Shown in pieces: positions 49,901 through 64,000 of a stretch of 64,000 nucleotides of DNA (the stretch's first letter is position 1; the number at the start of each line of letters is the position of its first letter). Made by a program: the position numbers and the translations under genes. Source of the DNA: Bugula neritina. Taxonomy: Eukaryota > Animalia > Bryozoa. The notes under the pieces were generated by a model. That model ran no database searches. It saw only the letters and a list, made by a program, of their open reading frames with translations, and was not told the DNA's origin. Location of the stretch: assembly GCA_964035545.1 (NCBI GenBank), contig OZ037769.1, forward strand, positions 8,165,929 to 8,229,928, written 5' to 3'.

Positions 49901-52900
49901 ATCTAGCCAAGTACTTTCTACCGGCAGCGCATTCGGAGGTTGTCAGATTATAACTGCTCATTGGGGTAAAACTGTGTATGCCCCAGTAAACCTAAAATTT
50001 TCCTAATGCTTGTGTACTGTTCTATGAATAGTCAGGTGCTTTTCCTTATAATATTAAGTATAATAACCAGCTACTAATGCATGCCTTCCTATTAATAGCC
50101 ATTGCTATCTTACTGATTATGTAAAATTGACTGTTACTCTGCGGTATTTCTGATTACATAATTTATATGAGGTGGGTTTTCATTGCGAAATGTAGGTAAC
50201 TTGTAGCAAACATAATCCCGCAACACTCACCACGATGCTTCTGGTGTGAGGCAGCTATAGAGAATTGGTTATTTCAAATATTGCATTTATTATTTCACTA
50301 TTTTGCATAAAATAGTTACAACTTCTAAACTTCATTCTGTGCAATGCAGTCGTATAAGCCTGTAACCAACCATTTTCTAATCATGGCACAAAAAAAATAA
50401 AAACAAACTTATATTGAACTGGTTCCAAAAGTATGAACCAGCTATATAAGCCGAATTTATAATACTTGAGCTTATATTTACTATCATTCAATTTTCGTGG
50501 GAACCTGGTATCAGTGAAAGTAAATTGAAACTTGAATGTAAACTTGGCTGCAAACTGTCAAACGGTTATTGTTGATTAGTTTACAAAATATTACTATTTA
50601 AACAAATGAACCGATATTACATAATATTGCAAGAAAGTACTTCTAATTTTTGTTGCTTCAAATCTCTTGTATAGAATAATGCAGCAATAACCTCTGAAGC
50701 GTAAAACTTTTAAGAGTAACTACTTAAATGTGAAGCAGTAATTTATAGCAGTAATTAGCTCAAGTAAAATAGGAATTGCTTTAAAATTAAAAGCTATTTT
50801 TGGACAGAGTTTCCCTTTTAAATTATGCTAATCTAAGATTATACTGTATGTAAGCACACGTAAGGTACTTTGACTGTCTACGTCAGGCTGTTAAACAATT
50901 ACATATAAAATTATTTTTTATGTATATGAATTGTAGAAGGAAAAACCTTACTGTAATTAATGCTTTATATCTACACGTGCTAAGAAACGTGCAGCCTGTA
51001 ATAGTTATTGGGACACTGTTGTGTAATGATTAATAGGAATTTGGGGTAAACTAACTTGAAAAAACCTGATGCTGTAGTCACAAGCTCAAACTGAATTTTA
51101 CAATTTGTGGCCTCCACAACAGAATATTCTACCTCTTTAGTCCTTGCTCTGAAGGCTTGGACACTCTTGTTCTAAGCCCTAAGATATTTTATTACTTTCC
51201 AACACTGGCTTTGGCAAAAATTTGTTTAGCTTTACATAATGTCCCTCTAGATATTCAGATTAGTTAAAAGATCGGTGTCAACAAACTATTTTTGTTTATG
51301 TATAGTAAGTTTAACCTAAACTTTAAAGGCATTCTACTACACATTTATAAATTATGCAAAACACTAAATTTTGACGTTGAATGTTGCAATTATCGTTTAA
51401 TGGAGAAAAATTATTTAGGGATTACCCTAGTTTTATCAGACTAGCTACTATTATTTTGGTGTTCTATTTTATTTATAGTCATTATTAACTGTAGCTTATG
51501 TATTTAAAATTACTGATAATGTCAGGAATTGCTTCTCCTGTGATTATCTCATAAGTTTCAAGTGACACAAACCAAGCCCATTGTATTGTTTTGCTCATAT
51601 AACTAAGTTCTATAAGATCTATATAGCTAGTTTTAAAAGTATGAATTCTTCATTTTATTAACTTCAGAAATATTTTTGTTACATCTATACAAGATTGAGA
51701 TTAAGATAGGAATCTTATAGCTCCCACAATATGAAGTAGGTGCAGATATAAGAATTTACTATACAACATACAACTATACAACCATTAAAATCTAACAATT
51801 CTACAAAGTATTAGGAAATACTAACAGCTCTGTCTCACACTGCCAACAAACACAAAACACTAGTCAGTCCTTGTCTAACACTAACAGCTATATCCTTAGC
51901 TTTCTACACTTTCAAATATTTTGGTAGCCGGTAGGGCTCATCTAACAAAAACTAAGAGTTTCTAACAAAATTTTATTAATGAGGAATTTTCTGTCAAAAT
52001 CTCCATTTCTGCACAATATTCTGGTAAAACTTGTTCACTCCTAGACTGATACTTATGAATGAAGAATGGCTAACTAAACCTAGGCACCCACCCAGCATTT
52101 ATTATTACTCTTGGTGTCATTGCAGTTATCCAATCAGATTTGATAAATGGGGTGGAGCTTAGTAGTGTGACCCGAATAGACTGGCATATACTCAACTATT
52201 GTGACGTGTACACGAATACTAGTGAGTCAGAATCAGGCGCAAAAGCAAGACAGTAATAAGGGTATGAGAGAGAATAATAAGCATAAGAGAAAGAATAATG
52301 TCTATAACAGAGCAAATAATAGGGGTATGAGAGTGCATAATGGAGGTATGTGACTGAATAATGAGCATAAAAGAAAGAGAAATAAGGGTATGGGAATGAA
52401 TAATGACAGTATGAGACCAAATAATAGACCTAAGAGCACAAAAAATAAGGGTATGAGAGCAAATTATAGACCAATGAGAGTGTTTTGTGAGCATATGAGA
52501 GAGAATAATGGTTAGATACTTTATTATAAGCATATGAGATGCAATAATAAGGGAATTTTTGACCATTTGGCACTCCATAACCTAAAGCCTGAAACATGCA
52601 TGAAACTGAGTTTGCTTTAAGGGTATAATGCACTGGCAAAAAACTGCCATCTTTGATCTATAATTATGAGAAACATATTATATGCATATTTTTGAAGAAT
52701 TTCCTGAAAACAAAACTTCTTTTCAGATTGTAAGATTACTATAATGAGAAAGAGGTTACTTGAAATTTTCCTGAAAAAGTTTTTAAACTAATCAATAAAA
52801 GATGTATATAGCAGCTCAACAAGTCATGAAAATTAAGCATTGTAAAATAACTAAAGAAAACTAACATATCTATATAAAATATATAAGTAATAAATTATGC

Positions 52901-55900
52901 TAGTAAAATTACCTAAGAGTGTCAACTAAACTTTCTTACTACTTCAAGTTCAGTGTGAAAGTCAGTGTCTGAAAATTATTACTTAATACATAGAACTCAC
53001 CACCTGGCGCAGTGAGTTACTGCATTTGTATCAAGCACTACAGATGCCAATGCGCTGTACTTTATTCTTAGACTTGTGTCGTCTGAAACTTTGTCATATG
53101 TCACTTCCTGTGTAAAGAAATGCTAGCTTAGCAAATAAATGCTCGATTGATACTATATGTTTTTGTTTGATTATAGGATATTCAATTTTTATTCATAGTT
53201 TAAAAATCTCAACATATATCATAATGCATGTTTCAGACACTCTGTAAATACTTTATTCATAAAAAATATTGTATTATAACTAATCTGATAAAAAATCAGT
53301 CATGTTTCTTTCTCATCTTGGAGAGCAGTTGCGATGCTAATAGCTAAACTACTGGGATAGTAAATACATGGTAGTATAGTTTAGGTCTTAGTAAAGATGA
53401 TTGGTGTTGCCAAAAAAAGCATTAACCATCATTTCCCATTTCTCACAATAAAAGTGAGATTTTAATCTCTCAGGAGTTTGTTCATTGGTGATGACTTTAA
53501 AAATAAGTATGGGGATAAATAACAAATTGTTTAAAACAACAAATACTTAATTAAAGTCTTTTTAGTTGCCTACAGTTGAGATAATTTTTGCACTATGACT
53601 TGCCTTTAATAATGCAATCTGAGGTCTCAAAAAAAAATTGTGACTTTTGAAAATAAGTTTGCCAAAATTAAATTGTTAGAATAGCTGCTACAGCAAAAAA
53701 CAAAAGATATTGTTGGATACAAAGTCACACGTTCCTTTGACAACTGTTTATGATGTTATAGTTTAATCTTTACTCTCAAGTTTGACATAAAAGCTGAAAC
53801 TAGAAAAATGGTATTATTCAGACATAGTTGATGCTGGCATATAGAGATTATATGGTACCTCAATGAGAAGGTTCTCAGCATCAAGATCAATCGTCTGATC
53901 AACTTCTTTATTCCAAGTCTCATACTTGTAGTTGAACCCATTGAGGAGAGGGCAGGAAAGAAGGTTTTCATCTAAAAATATTGGTGAAGGATATTTATCT
54001 ACAATACTTGATTTTCATCAAGCTGATAGATACAACTACTTAACATTCGTTATAAAGTTGCCACAGCAGCTGGCTAGTCAGCTGAGTGAACTCGTAAATT
54101 AATTGATTGCATAAAATATTCTTAAAATTTATCATCGGCCTGCAATACTAGAAAAGCTGTATGTGGCACATATTTTATTTGTTTTAGGTAAAAGGCTGAG
54201 CAATTTATAAATAATTATTCTGCTGCTGGAGGTTGAAATCAATAACAATATCAAATTAATTTTTTTAAGATATTTGCAGCGTTCCAAGTGAGTTTTACCA
54301 CAATGTATATACACTAAACAGTTATTGGTACAAAGAACAAAGAAACACAAGTTTCTGTCGCTGATAATCATAGAGCTCAAACTCACTATACATCTGTCAT
54401 GGTAATGTTGGGAACTTGATGTATTATTGTTATTTATGATAATTTCCCAACTAAAAATTATAATTGATTTTGATTTTGCTAAAATTCAATTACGAATTTT
54501 TTGTAAAGTACTTTTAAGAACTGTGATGCTAAAAGCTAGAAAAAAAGTTTTAATTTGCTTTATCTCAACACTTTAGAAACTAATTAGAACTAAATCAAAG
54601 AATTCTTTGTCTTCACAGCTTTATATTTAATTCAGAAAGCTGCTGCAAACCTAGAGTTACTTGTGGTGGCACCATCTCTATAATCAACATCGTTCTTGCA
54701 GAGTTCCATCCAGAGTAAGCATCACTGGATCCATAACCATCACATGGGCCGACTACTAACTCTACTACTCTGTCACCAGCATCTAGTCCATAGCATGTAC
54801 CATCAACTAAATATTAGTAAGTTTTGGTGGCACTAACATTATTATAAAAAAATTATAGAAATCAACATCAATTCAAGTTAGTCTCTGCTCCGACAAGTTA
54901 TAATGGATTTTCATTTATTAAATAGCATATTGTAGGTACCTTATAATATCTCAACAATAAAAATTGGCATTAAACATCTTTAAAAATATTATCTTGTTAT
55001 AACATTAGGTAACAAAGGTTTGATCCATAGGCATGTATTCTAAGAAGTTGTTTTTTAGAAGACACTCAATATCTAAAAGAGTGTTTATACTAAGCCTACT
55101 GTCTATTGCTCGGTGTAATTCTCCTGTAGTAGCACTGTAATCTAACACCTCAATAGTGTCTGGGTTAGAGCACTTGTTACCATCAAATGTCAAGTACCAG
55201 TGGTGACAAAAGTCAGGTCTATTATGATGTCCTCTGACAGCCATGTGGATAATGACTCTCAGTGCTGATTCAGCCCTAGACTTTGGGTAAGTAGCTGTCT
55301 GAAAATATTGTTGACATAATCTGACTAGCAGCTCATTAAATCTTGAGTTAACACAAACCTAGTTTTGTATAAATAATGAAGTATATATATTATATATTAA
55401 TGCAATTGCCTTAAATATAAGTTTATTTTAGTTACTTTTTAAAAACAACAACTGGATGTTTTCAAAAAAATTGTGAATTAAACCTAATACAGTTGCTCAG
55501 TACAAACTATTGCTGTAATATTTTACAATTGTACATTTTACCATTATGATGCCTTCATCTTTGCTATCTTGAAGATCTGTAGACCAATAATGTCTGATGT
55601 TTGTGTACTCATTTTTCAACCCACATTCAGTTGATTCTTCACCTGCTGTAGAATTATTCTCAAGTATAATTACTAGAATCAAGATGGTTGTAAAATAGAC
55701 CTAATGTTATGTTACATAAATGCAATCTAACTTGGTGATTGTGCTTTTTTCAAACATAGAAGCTTATTCATAACTATAATCTACAATTATTGCTATATGA
55801 AACGGGAATATATACACTGTTATTTTAATATTGTTACTTCGGTTTTGTGTACAGGCATAGCTAGACTGCTATGATATGTAAGATCTTGAATCACAGTGAA

Positions 55901-58877
55901 TTTTAACATTGCAAAAAGAGTGAGAGATTAAAAAGCCGTAATTATTTTCAAGAGAACATATTTCTACTTTATTCATAAAATAGTGTGAGTTAATTGAATG
56001 CATCGATGCTTTGTTAAAGCACAATTATTTCATAGGTCCCTGTGATCATGTATTGTGGTTAAACATGAGAATTTACCTACCTAAGCAAATCGGGTTTTCC
56101 AAGACGGTCTCTCCACATCCAACCATGCAGATTTCTAAATTTGAACAATTTCTACCACTGCAGTTTGTCAGCTATTAAACAGAAAAATAGACAAATATTT
56201 ATGTACATCACAATTGAAAAATATATTCAATCAATATATTAAATCAGTAAACTAAAAATATACTTTGTGTTTAATATTTCTAAATATAACAATTATTTAT
56301 AATTTATATTTGCATGCATGTTAGCAGTAGCCCACAATAAAAGACTGAATAGAAAAAGTATTACAAAATATGTTTAATCACTGGCATACAGTCTTTAAAT
56401 CATACAAAAGAGATAAAATAATAAATTTATAAAAAGACTTTCAATATGTTTTATTATGCTGGTTTGGTTTTAATTATTGTTTAAAAACTGCGTAAATCAA
56501 CAAGCTAAAATATTATTTAAAATGTGGTCTGTATACTCACTACACTACAGTTGTTCCCAATAAATCAGTAGTATAGCAGTATTTTACCCCGAAAAAAGGT
56601 ACCAAATAATTTTAATAAAACGAAATACAATCTAATATAAAAGTTTAAAGGCACCATCACCTCTGAAATTGTTGAAGGAAATTTAGCTTATTTAAATTTG
56701 ATTGGGGTTTAAAGCTTACCTCCCCTGTTGCCATTAGCTCTATGAAATATCCGTCAACGGAATCATTTTTAGAAGATAAATTCAAAGTGGAAGTTGACCC
56801 ATTCAATTCATAACACATTCCTAAAACAGCTATGATGCGTCATAATAGATATGAAATCACCAAACAAATATTTTAGGTGCATCATAAAGATGCATAATTA
56901 ACCTGATTTCTTAATTGCTAGTGAAAAAGAAATTGAAATAAAAGTATCGCATTAGCATTATTCTCATTTGTTTATTTATTATAATCATTTTAAGCTATAC
57001 TTTAAAACATTTTGTTAAGTGCATACATATTTTATTAAATGAATCCATTGGACCCTAATATAATTTCTTAGTTCACAATTTACACATTTCACACAAATTG
57101 CTACTTAAGTAACCAGTAACATATGCTACATTTATGTAATATAATAAATGATACATATATTATATAATATTTTAAAATAATATTTATTGTATGATGAAGT
57201 TGTAGAAAATTCTGAAAACAAAATTCTAGGCAGCTGGCAACATACTTTTGTGCCATTTCATGTTAGACTATAAATCATTGAGTGACGAAGACTTTTTGCA
57301 TTTGCAAATATAAATATTTAAATATTATTATGAACTTTGCTGATGAAAATATGTGTGTGATTTAATAAAAGTAAGCTTATAAAAAGGTCTACAAAAAGCA
57401 AAACATGTTCTTCTCAAATCACAATGCAAATTTGGTTTTCTTATAGAACTCATTATATAGTTACAATGTATGCAACAATTCAACGCACACATTTTATTAC
57501 ATGCTTATATAATAACAAACACTGTTGTTATATATGTAGTTATTGACTTAATATAAATAATTGATGATTATTTTATATAATATGAAAACAAAATTGCTTT
57601 TTAATGCAACCTTAGACATCAAACAATATTTTAATAATGCAGTTAATGTAGAGAAAAGTGATTATATGACAAAGAAATTAAAACTAAAATAATGATCCAT
57701 TAAGCATAAATTAGATGTCAATTGTTGTCAAACTTGATTGCAAAGACAAAGACAGCAAAGCTTATATTTGAATTATTGATTTGTTCAAAAGTTTAAGCAT
57801 TTGTTATAGTATCATGTAACAATTAAAAATAGCTATAGGCAATTTGACTTACATGCAGACGCAAACAATCCACTACCACGTGTGTCTATATACACACGCG
57901 GTTATAGAGGGTTGCTTGAGTCTGTAAGTCAAAATCCCTAGCTTTCCCTAATTGTTACATGATATTATTATAACAAATACTTGAAATATTAGCAATTGTA
58001 TTAGTAGCTATAGGCTAATATGCGCTACGCTAATTTACTGGTTGGAAAATAATATTTTGAACTTCCTAGCTTATAGAACAAAATAATTTTATTTCTATTA
58101 CATAGCATGATTTTTTATTAAGATATAGCTTTTATAATAAGCAAGTTAATATAACTGCTATCTTTCACCTGCATTGCTTCTAAAAATAGCATTGCATTGC
58201 AAAGGGAAATTTCTCCAGCAGTTGACTAAACACTCTGTAAGACTTCTGGTTGATGATTTTCTGGTTATAAGAGAGCTCTTAGGGTTGAGGTACTGGTCTT
58301 TTGATACACTGACAGAGTTTCCACAGTCTGGTAGATCTACAAAATATCATGTGCAGGGTACCAGGCTTAGCATTATCACAGTTTTATTCGATAGGATTTT
58401 ATTATTTTTAGAACATACAATGTATTATACTGATAGGTGCAATCAATCTACATGAAAATAATATGATTTTCTAGATTCAGCAGAATAACTATACAATAGG
58501 TTGCCACACAATACATTCAATGCTTAAACATTTTTAACAGCAACTGCAGTATTACTTGGAGTGAGTTAGAAAGTTATGTTGATTCATATGTTACTGAATC
58601 TAATCTTGTAGGAAATAATTATTTAATTATGCAAGTGAATTCTGTAGTCTGGATGGCACAAAAAATACCAGTAAATCTAACTTTTTAGACTGTTTAAAAT
58701 TTACAATGAAAACAAAACCTAAATTTTAAAACTCATATTGAGCTGCTTTTCCCATTGATAACTTTATAAGTGATCTATAATGACGGAAACACACTGACCT
58801 AATATACCCGTCATAGCTAAATGAAATGATGATGAACATAACCAACTGATGAACAGTGTCGTACTTTTCAACTTCAT
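43751..58877 (-). CDS. Paralog B: secreted PAN/apple + 3x CTHRC1 C-terminal-like domain protein, ~629 aa, 14 coding exons
   Basis: Exons: 58877-58799, 58336-58169, 56820-56720, 56171-56081, 55645-55542, 55298-55100, 54806-54651, 53971-53859, 53107-53001, 47306-47197, 46272-46102, 44568-44364, 44271-44174, 43938-43751. All GT-AG, no internal stops, same lengths as paralog A. Confidence 0.88.
44174..44271 (-). CDS. Paralog B exon 13
   Basis: WYFKIDKAECSSPGRIEGVHYFNYHTDMHHPMQ. Confidence 0.9.
44364..44568 (-). CDS. Paralog B exon 12
   Basis: VISHNHQ..FHYWAINKDENVADL..SLCGRW; gtaagc donor. Confidence 0.88.
45277..46044. mobile_element. Kolobok-like MITE in intron 11, unit B only
   Basis: 16-bp TIR aggattgctctatctt / aagatagagcaatcct, TTAA TSD; single TTAA at the empty site ~11814. 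Confidence 0.9.
46102..46272 (-). CDS. Paralog B exon 11
   Basis: LEGICDNIMPKGTHTIRIYVGRCIDSFSQPTRTITGGFNSPSRLHIEEV. Confidence 0.85.
47197..47306 (-). CDS. Paralog B exon 10
   Basis: ttacag/gtaaat; WFVKIEDSECFPQLDYVIPHTSPNNYKYWRHHRKSGT. Confidence 0.7.
47803..52579. mobile_element. 4.8-kb non-autonomous DNA transposon with >500-bp TIRs (IS3EU-like termini) in intron 9, unit B only
   Basis: TATGGAG...CTCCATA termini, TIRs 47803-48325 / 52031-52579 containing ~21-bp degenerate repeats, 6-bp TSD ACCTAA; empty site at 13609-13614; no long internal ORF. Confidence 0.9.
53001..53107 (-). CDS. Paralog B exon 9
   Basis: EVTYDKVSDDTSLRIKYSALASVVLDTNAVTHCARW; gtgagt donor. Confidence 0.9.
53859..53971 (-). 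CDS. Paralog B exon 8
   Basis: DENLLSCPLLNGFNYKYETWNKEVDQTIDLDAENLLIE. Confidence 0.85.
54651..54806 (-). CDS. Paralog B exon 7
   Basis: IDGTCYGLDAGDRVVELVVGPCDGYGSSDAYSGWNSARTMLIIEM. Confidence 0.9.
55100..55298 (-). CDS. Paralog B exon 6
   Basis: TATYPKSRAESALRV..VRGHHNRPDFCHHWYLTFDGNKC..ELHRAID. Confidence 0.9.
55542..55645 (-). CDS. Paralog B exon 5
   Basis: Same peptide as A exon 5; two synonymous changes. Confidence 0.88.
56081..56171 (-). CDS. Paralog B exon 4
   Basis: Identical to A exon 4. Confidence 0.8.
56720..56820 (-). CDS. Paralog B exon 3
   Basis: GMCYELNGSTSTLNLSSKNDSVDGYFIELMATGE. Confidence 0.85.
58169..58336 (-). CDS. Paralog B exon 2 (PAN/apple-like)
   Basis: ttgtag/gtgaaa; ECLVNCWRNFPLQCNAIF. 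Confidence 0.84.
58799..58877 (-). CDS. Paralog B exon 1 (signal peptide-like)
   Basis: Same peptide as A; donor AG|GTCAGT. Confidence 0.8.
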
Positions 58878-59460
58878 TCTAAAATGCATGAGTCAACTAT
58901 TTTAGGTTATGTTATTCAATATACAAGTTTACATATATTATATTGATAATTGCTAGTGCTATAATCTTTTTTTGTATAATATTTTAGTAATAACATATGA
59001 ACATTTTAACATAGCTAGAATTTTGAATAAATTTATATATAGATGTTAATAACTCATTTTCTTTTTAGGATAACTTGGAGCACTTGGGCATAGTTTAATT
59101 TGTTTGGTTATGCATAATTTATCTATTTAAATTTTTTTAAAATATAATAGTGGTTTTGGAACATGAGAAAAAACATTAGAATTTAAATTTGTTACAATAA
59201 TTATGATATTTATATCATAACAATTTATGTTATAATTATTTTCTAAACTAGCTACTATAAAATTGATTGAATTATTACAGTATCAATATATAAGGTTTGA
59301 AATTTAACAATAAAATGACAATGATTGAAGTTTTCTAATTTACTTTACAGAAATTTTTTGCAATATATTGAATATTTCAATGCATAAATTAAACGAAAGC
59401 TGACCTTTATCTAACAAACCTCTCAACTTTAATTTATTTGTTATAACTGATATGTGCTAA

Positions 59461-59621
<161 letters not shown>

Positions 59622-62600
59622 GTGTCTAATAATGCAACAGTATATCATTGACAGAAAATTGTTTAATAGTTTTCTTTCAATCATATTAAACAATAAATTC
59701 ATCTTAATGTACTATGCAAAAATAAAAGGCTTTAATAAAAATTGTTCAATCTGGTAATTTTTCTATATTTTGAAAAATTCAATGTTTTACAAAGTATATG
59801 ACTCTATGATATATCAACAAGAATGTGAAGAAATAATGCGCTTGTTGCTTACTTATATATAATGAAAAAATACAAACACAAAAATTAGGTATAAATAAGA
59901 CACCTAAATATTAAACTAAGCATTGGATAATAAAAGAAATTGTTTATAAAACAGTTTAAAGAAGTTTATAGATTGTAAACGCATAGTGAAATACCTGACT
60001 CGACAAACAAGAGAAGGCAGATAAAGAGCTGGTTTAATGTGTGTAGACCAACTGCAAGCACCTTCACCAAGAAACTGTGACAGGAATATTGATTTCTATC
60101 TGCTGTCGTAATTTCATTATCTATTGATTGTTTGCATATTTTATAACAACATTACTCCGCAGTATAATATTGCAATAGCATAATATTTATATATACATAC
60201 ATATCATGGTATTTTATGTTTCTGTATTTTGAACAATAAATATTGATGTGTGATATTTTGCTAGTAAATGTTTTTATTTTGAAGATTTGCAGTTTTTATA
60301 ATGACTGTATTTGATGTCTTATACTCACTAACCACTAACACTGTGATTAGCTGTGATAAACCGTGCGGCTAAAAAAATGTTACTCTCAACAAACCCAACA
60401 CTACCTCACAAGACGGAAGAGGTAGAGAAAATATATGTCATTGACACATTTAAAGTTAATATGAGATGTTCCGGGGTAGTATTTATGATCCAAAATTAAA
60501 AGATATAACTGCTGATGAGAACAGCATGTGTGCAGCTGAAACTTTTAACTTGCAAAAATTTCAGAAAAAAAACTGTTGAAACTATTGATTCAAAAATGTT
60601 TCCAAATGTTCCATTTAAAAATGATCAAGTTTCCAAAGATGAGTTAGGTCTATTAAAAAGGTAAACTTGCATACACCGGTTTTCCATGAATCGATCTCAG
60701 ATCTTGCATAATATCCTTATTGTCTAAAGCCTAAACCACATGATAAAATAGTGTATTTTTGATTAATATAACTCTTCATAGCTTGTAAGAGGAATGTCAT
60801 ATAATCAACAGTTGCTATATGTAATTATATTTGCTGGTTATTAAAACTGCATAGTAATTTTAAAATGATTTATAGCCTTCGCTAATCATGCAAAGTTCTA
60901 CAACCTATGAGCATTGCATTGCATGAACTCTGAGCATGTAGATTTTTTAAGACTGACATAAACAGTTCTAAACATTGGGTTCAGCCATCAAAGAAAAAAA
61001 CTGACAAAACAAACTTAACACAGAGCTAAATGCTGAATATATTATCTCACAGAAAACTAGTACGTCATGGAATGAAACAAAGATTACAGATGATCTTATA
61101 GCTGCCTTTTACCTAATTCTTTACCAAAGCATATCTTATAAAAAAGAAGCTCCATGCATATGTTAAAAGTAGCATGCACCTAGAAGAGAAAAGACAATGT
61201 TATATGTAGCAGCTAAATTGGTTTTTATATAACCAATTCTTTGATGACATGACTCACAGCAAAATATCATAGCAATGATAAGCAAACTGTCTTTGATCCT
61301 ATAAAGATGAGAAAATATAAGTACCGTCTTTATCTATAACTACATTATAATTTACCTTTTTTAAATAAATTTGTCAAACATATTTTATAAATTTGAAAAA
61401 GAACAAAATGCTATCGAAATTTCTAAATGTTTTGTGTTGGAATTTGAAAAACTAACTGTTCTTTATGATATCATATATCATAGATCAAGACATATAATAA
61501 TTTGATTAGCATGCAACTCTAAAAAGTGATTAAAATTACATTAATATTTTAAAAATTCAATCTTAAAAAAAATGTAAAAAGAACTTAAGAACAGGCAACT
61601 CCAAACCTATAACAAACTACCAACACCTGGACTTATTTATCTTTGTGACATCAACGCTGCACCAAATCAATAAAACGTAGGACCAAAATATTTATGAAAG
61701 CTTTTTTTCAAATGAAAAAAAGATGCAAAGTAAAATAGCTGTAACACTGCCACAGAATGGTACTACTCAGACAGCTGTCATGACATATTTTAAAACTATA
61801 CTGATAACACATAATCTGAGCATTTTTTTGAAGTTGAGAGCAAACTTGTTTTTTATTACTTGAATTATAAAATAACATTTTTTAGTTTAAAAATACTTTA
61901 ACAGCATAGAAAAGATATGCCATTTTCTATTTGTATAGAGAAGCTCGTTTTGGAAAATAATGAAATGATAATTTATATGTTTGCGGACAGCGACTAAAAT
62001 AATATCACATTTATTTCAGGAAAAAATATTATAATATGGATTAAAAAGCAAGTATATTTTTAGTCACTCACCCAGTCAGCTCAACAGATCAAACAATAAA
62101 CAGCAAGACTCTCAGTGTCACAAACAATGATGAGACAAGCTAATATTCAGCCCTTCCTATACCACCACTAATTTATATGTTTTGTCCAGCAGCAAGACAA
62201 CTGTTGCAGTAGTTTTTTGGCAGCTTTCCAAAAATCATTGTGTAACGAAAGCTATTTGTGAAAGTTTTTGCGATAGCTATTTACTGACAGTTTTTGTTCG
62301 ATGAGTCAGTGTGGCTCAATTTTCCTTCTGCTAAAGATGCAGGCAATCTATACTTAATTGTTAAAATAATTGTAAGTATCAAGTATTATATTATCTTTTG
62401 TTTTAAACTTCATTAACTAAATATTTTGTCAGCTATGTAATTAAGGTTAAGTTGACAATATGTTTGTAGTTTTCATGGTTATAGGTTACAGTATGAGTAT
62501 GAGTCTAAGTATGAATATGTGAGCTCAAGTCTAAGTCTAACTTAGAAAATATACTGTTAGCAATAGACAAAAATAGAGTTGTGGCCTGCTTCTGTGTCCT

Positions 62601-64000
62601 CCATCCATTCACCCTTCATTAAGTGAATCACAATACATAGGCATCCGTGCCAAACAGCACCCGTGCTGACGCAGCAACAATTATCAGCTGATACAGTAAC
62701 CATTATCGGCTGTCACAGTAACAATTATTGAGATATGAAGTATACCAACTACTTTGTAAGCTAGAGTGGCAATCACGACAGCACCCTATAGCTATCAGTA
62801 TATCTATTATCCTATACCACTATAGAAGTCGTAGAGAACTTCGGGTCAATCAGTGGTAATGGGCTTTGTATTGAGTTATATAGAAATGGTCATCAATGTT
62901 CGCCTAACGAGGCGCAATCGTTATGAGTAATTGATTGGCTGTAGCTACAGCCAGTTTAATTTCATTGGCTAGGTGATGATTATAGCAATTAGAACAAGTG
63001 GTGGATAAAGTTAGGGGTGATATCAATACAGATATTCTTAGCAGTAACTGTATTTTGAAAAAATATTTTCTTCCAAAATATTTCAAAAGCTATGAGTTAT
63101 GAATAAAAATTAACAAAATTTATCACTTTTGAATGAAAAATCTTAATAGATGCAGGTCTGACTTTTTGATATAAATCCACTCCTTTTAGACTTTGTTCTA
63201 GAGAAAGGCTCATATCACTGTATCTATTGGATAAGAACTTGGTCTTATAGTTTTACTTGAAGCATAATTGTCTTCTCACTCTATTTCAATTCATATATGT
63301 TTATAACTCCTTGAATCTATCTGCATGATTAAAACATAATTGTCTTCTCATTAAATAATAGTTTTGCAGACTGAATGCCACCATAATTCATACACTCTTG
63401 TAAAAAATTAAAATGTTATAACAGTTTTTGGTTTATTAATATAAACTCTCAAACTCTTTTATATAAAAAAACAATTTTCAAGCTGATGAGAGAAAATATA
63501 ATTTTAAGAAATATATATATATAAATAATTTTTGGCATATGAATAAATGTAAAACAATATTGCATATGGAAAGCTTTATAATGCCCAAAATTGAATTTCA
63601 ATAGTAATTTATTTGCTTGTAAACATTAATTCTTTTCTTGTTTTACTATACTTTTACCAGTTGTACAGGCACATGTAACCATTCTATTTCACACCTATAG
63701 ATGCACATATAAATTATTACGTAGAATTTAGAAAATGAGCAAATGGCACAGATGAAAATTGAGTCGACCTATAATTTTTGACATTTTAGTATATATCTGT
63801 AACCCATTGAAATACAACACTATAGTAAAATTTGTTTCACATTTGAGTTAAAATCTTGCATTCATGCATGCTATTTAAAATATATGAATATAATTTAATA
63901 TTTTTGATTAGTAGTAACTATACATGTGCAGCATTTTTTGCTATGCTATGCAATTTATTATCACATACCATTTATTTGCAATAAAATAACTTATAACACT

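Overview
AT-rich, intron-containing animal (probably marine invertebrate; inference) genomic DNA. The window is dominated by a ~19.5-kb segmental duplication (unit A ~9,500-28,940; unit B ~42,950-62,720, same orientation). Each unit holds an intact 14-coding-exon minus-strand gene that the ORF track only shows in fragments. Splicing by hand gives ~629-aa secreted proteins: signal peptide, PAN/apple-like domain, short Cys-rich module, then three tandem CTHRC1 C-terminal-like domains, with no collagen helix. The two paralogs are nearly identical at the N-terminus and in the last exon, but carry many replacement changes in the middle, clustered in equivalent loops and in domain 2. One coding exon lies antisense inside a Penelope-like relic. 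The rest is transposon-derived: R4/Dong-like and CR1-group LINEs, Penelope relics, a Tc1, several MITEs, a 4.8-kb long-TIR element, decayed Gypsy relics, a three-level nest (tRNA-bearing solo LTR > deleted Gypsy with an extra zinc-finger ORF > CACTA-like MITE), and a 271-nt retrozyme-like unit with an intact type I hammerhead ribozyme inside (TA)n. All alignments and counts were done by eye and need computational confirmation.
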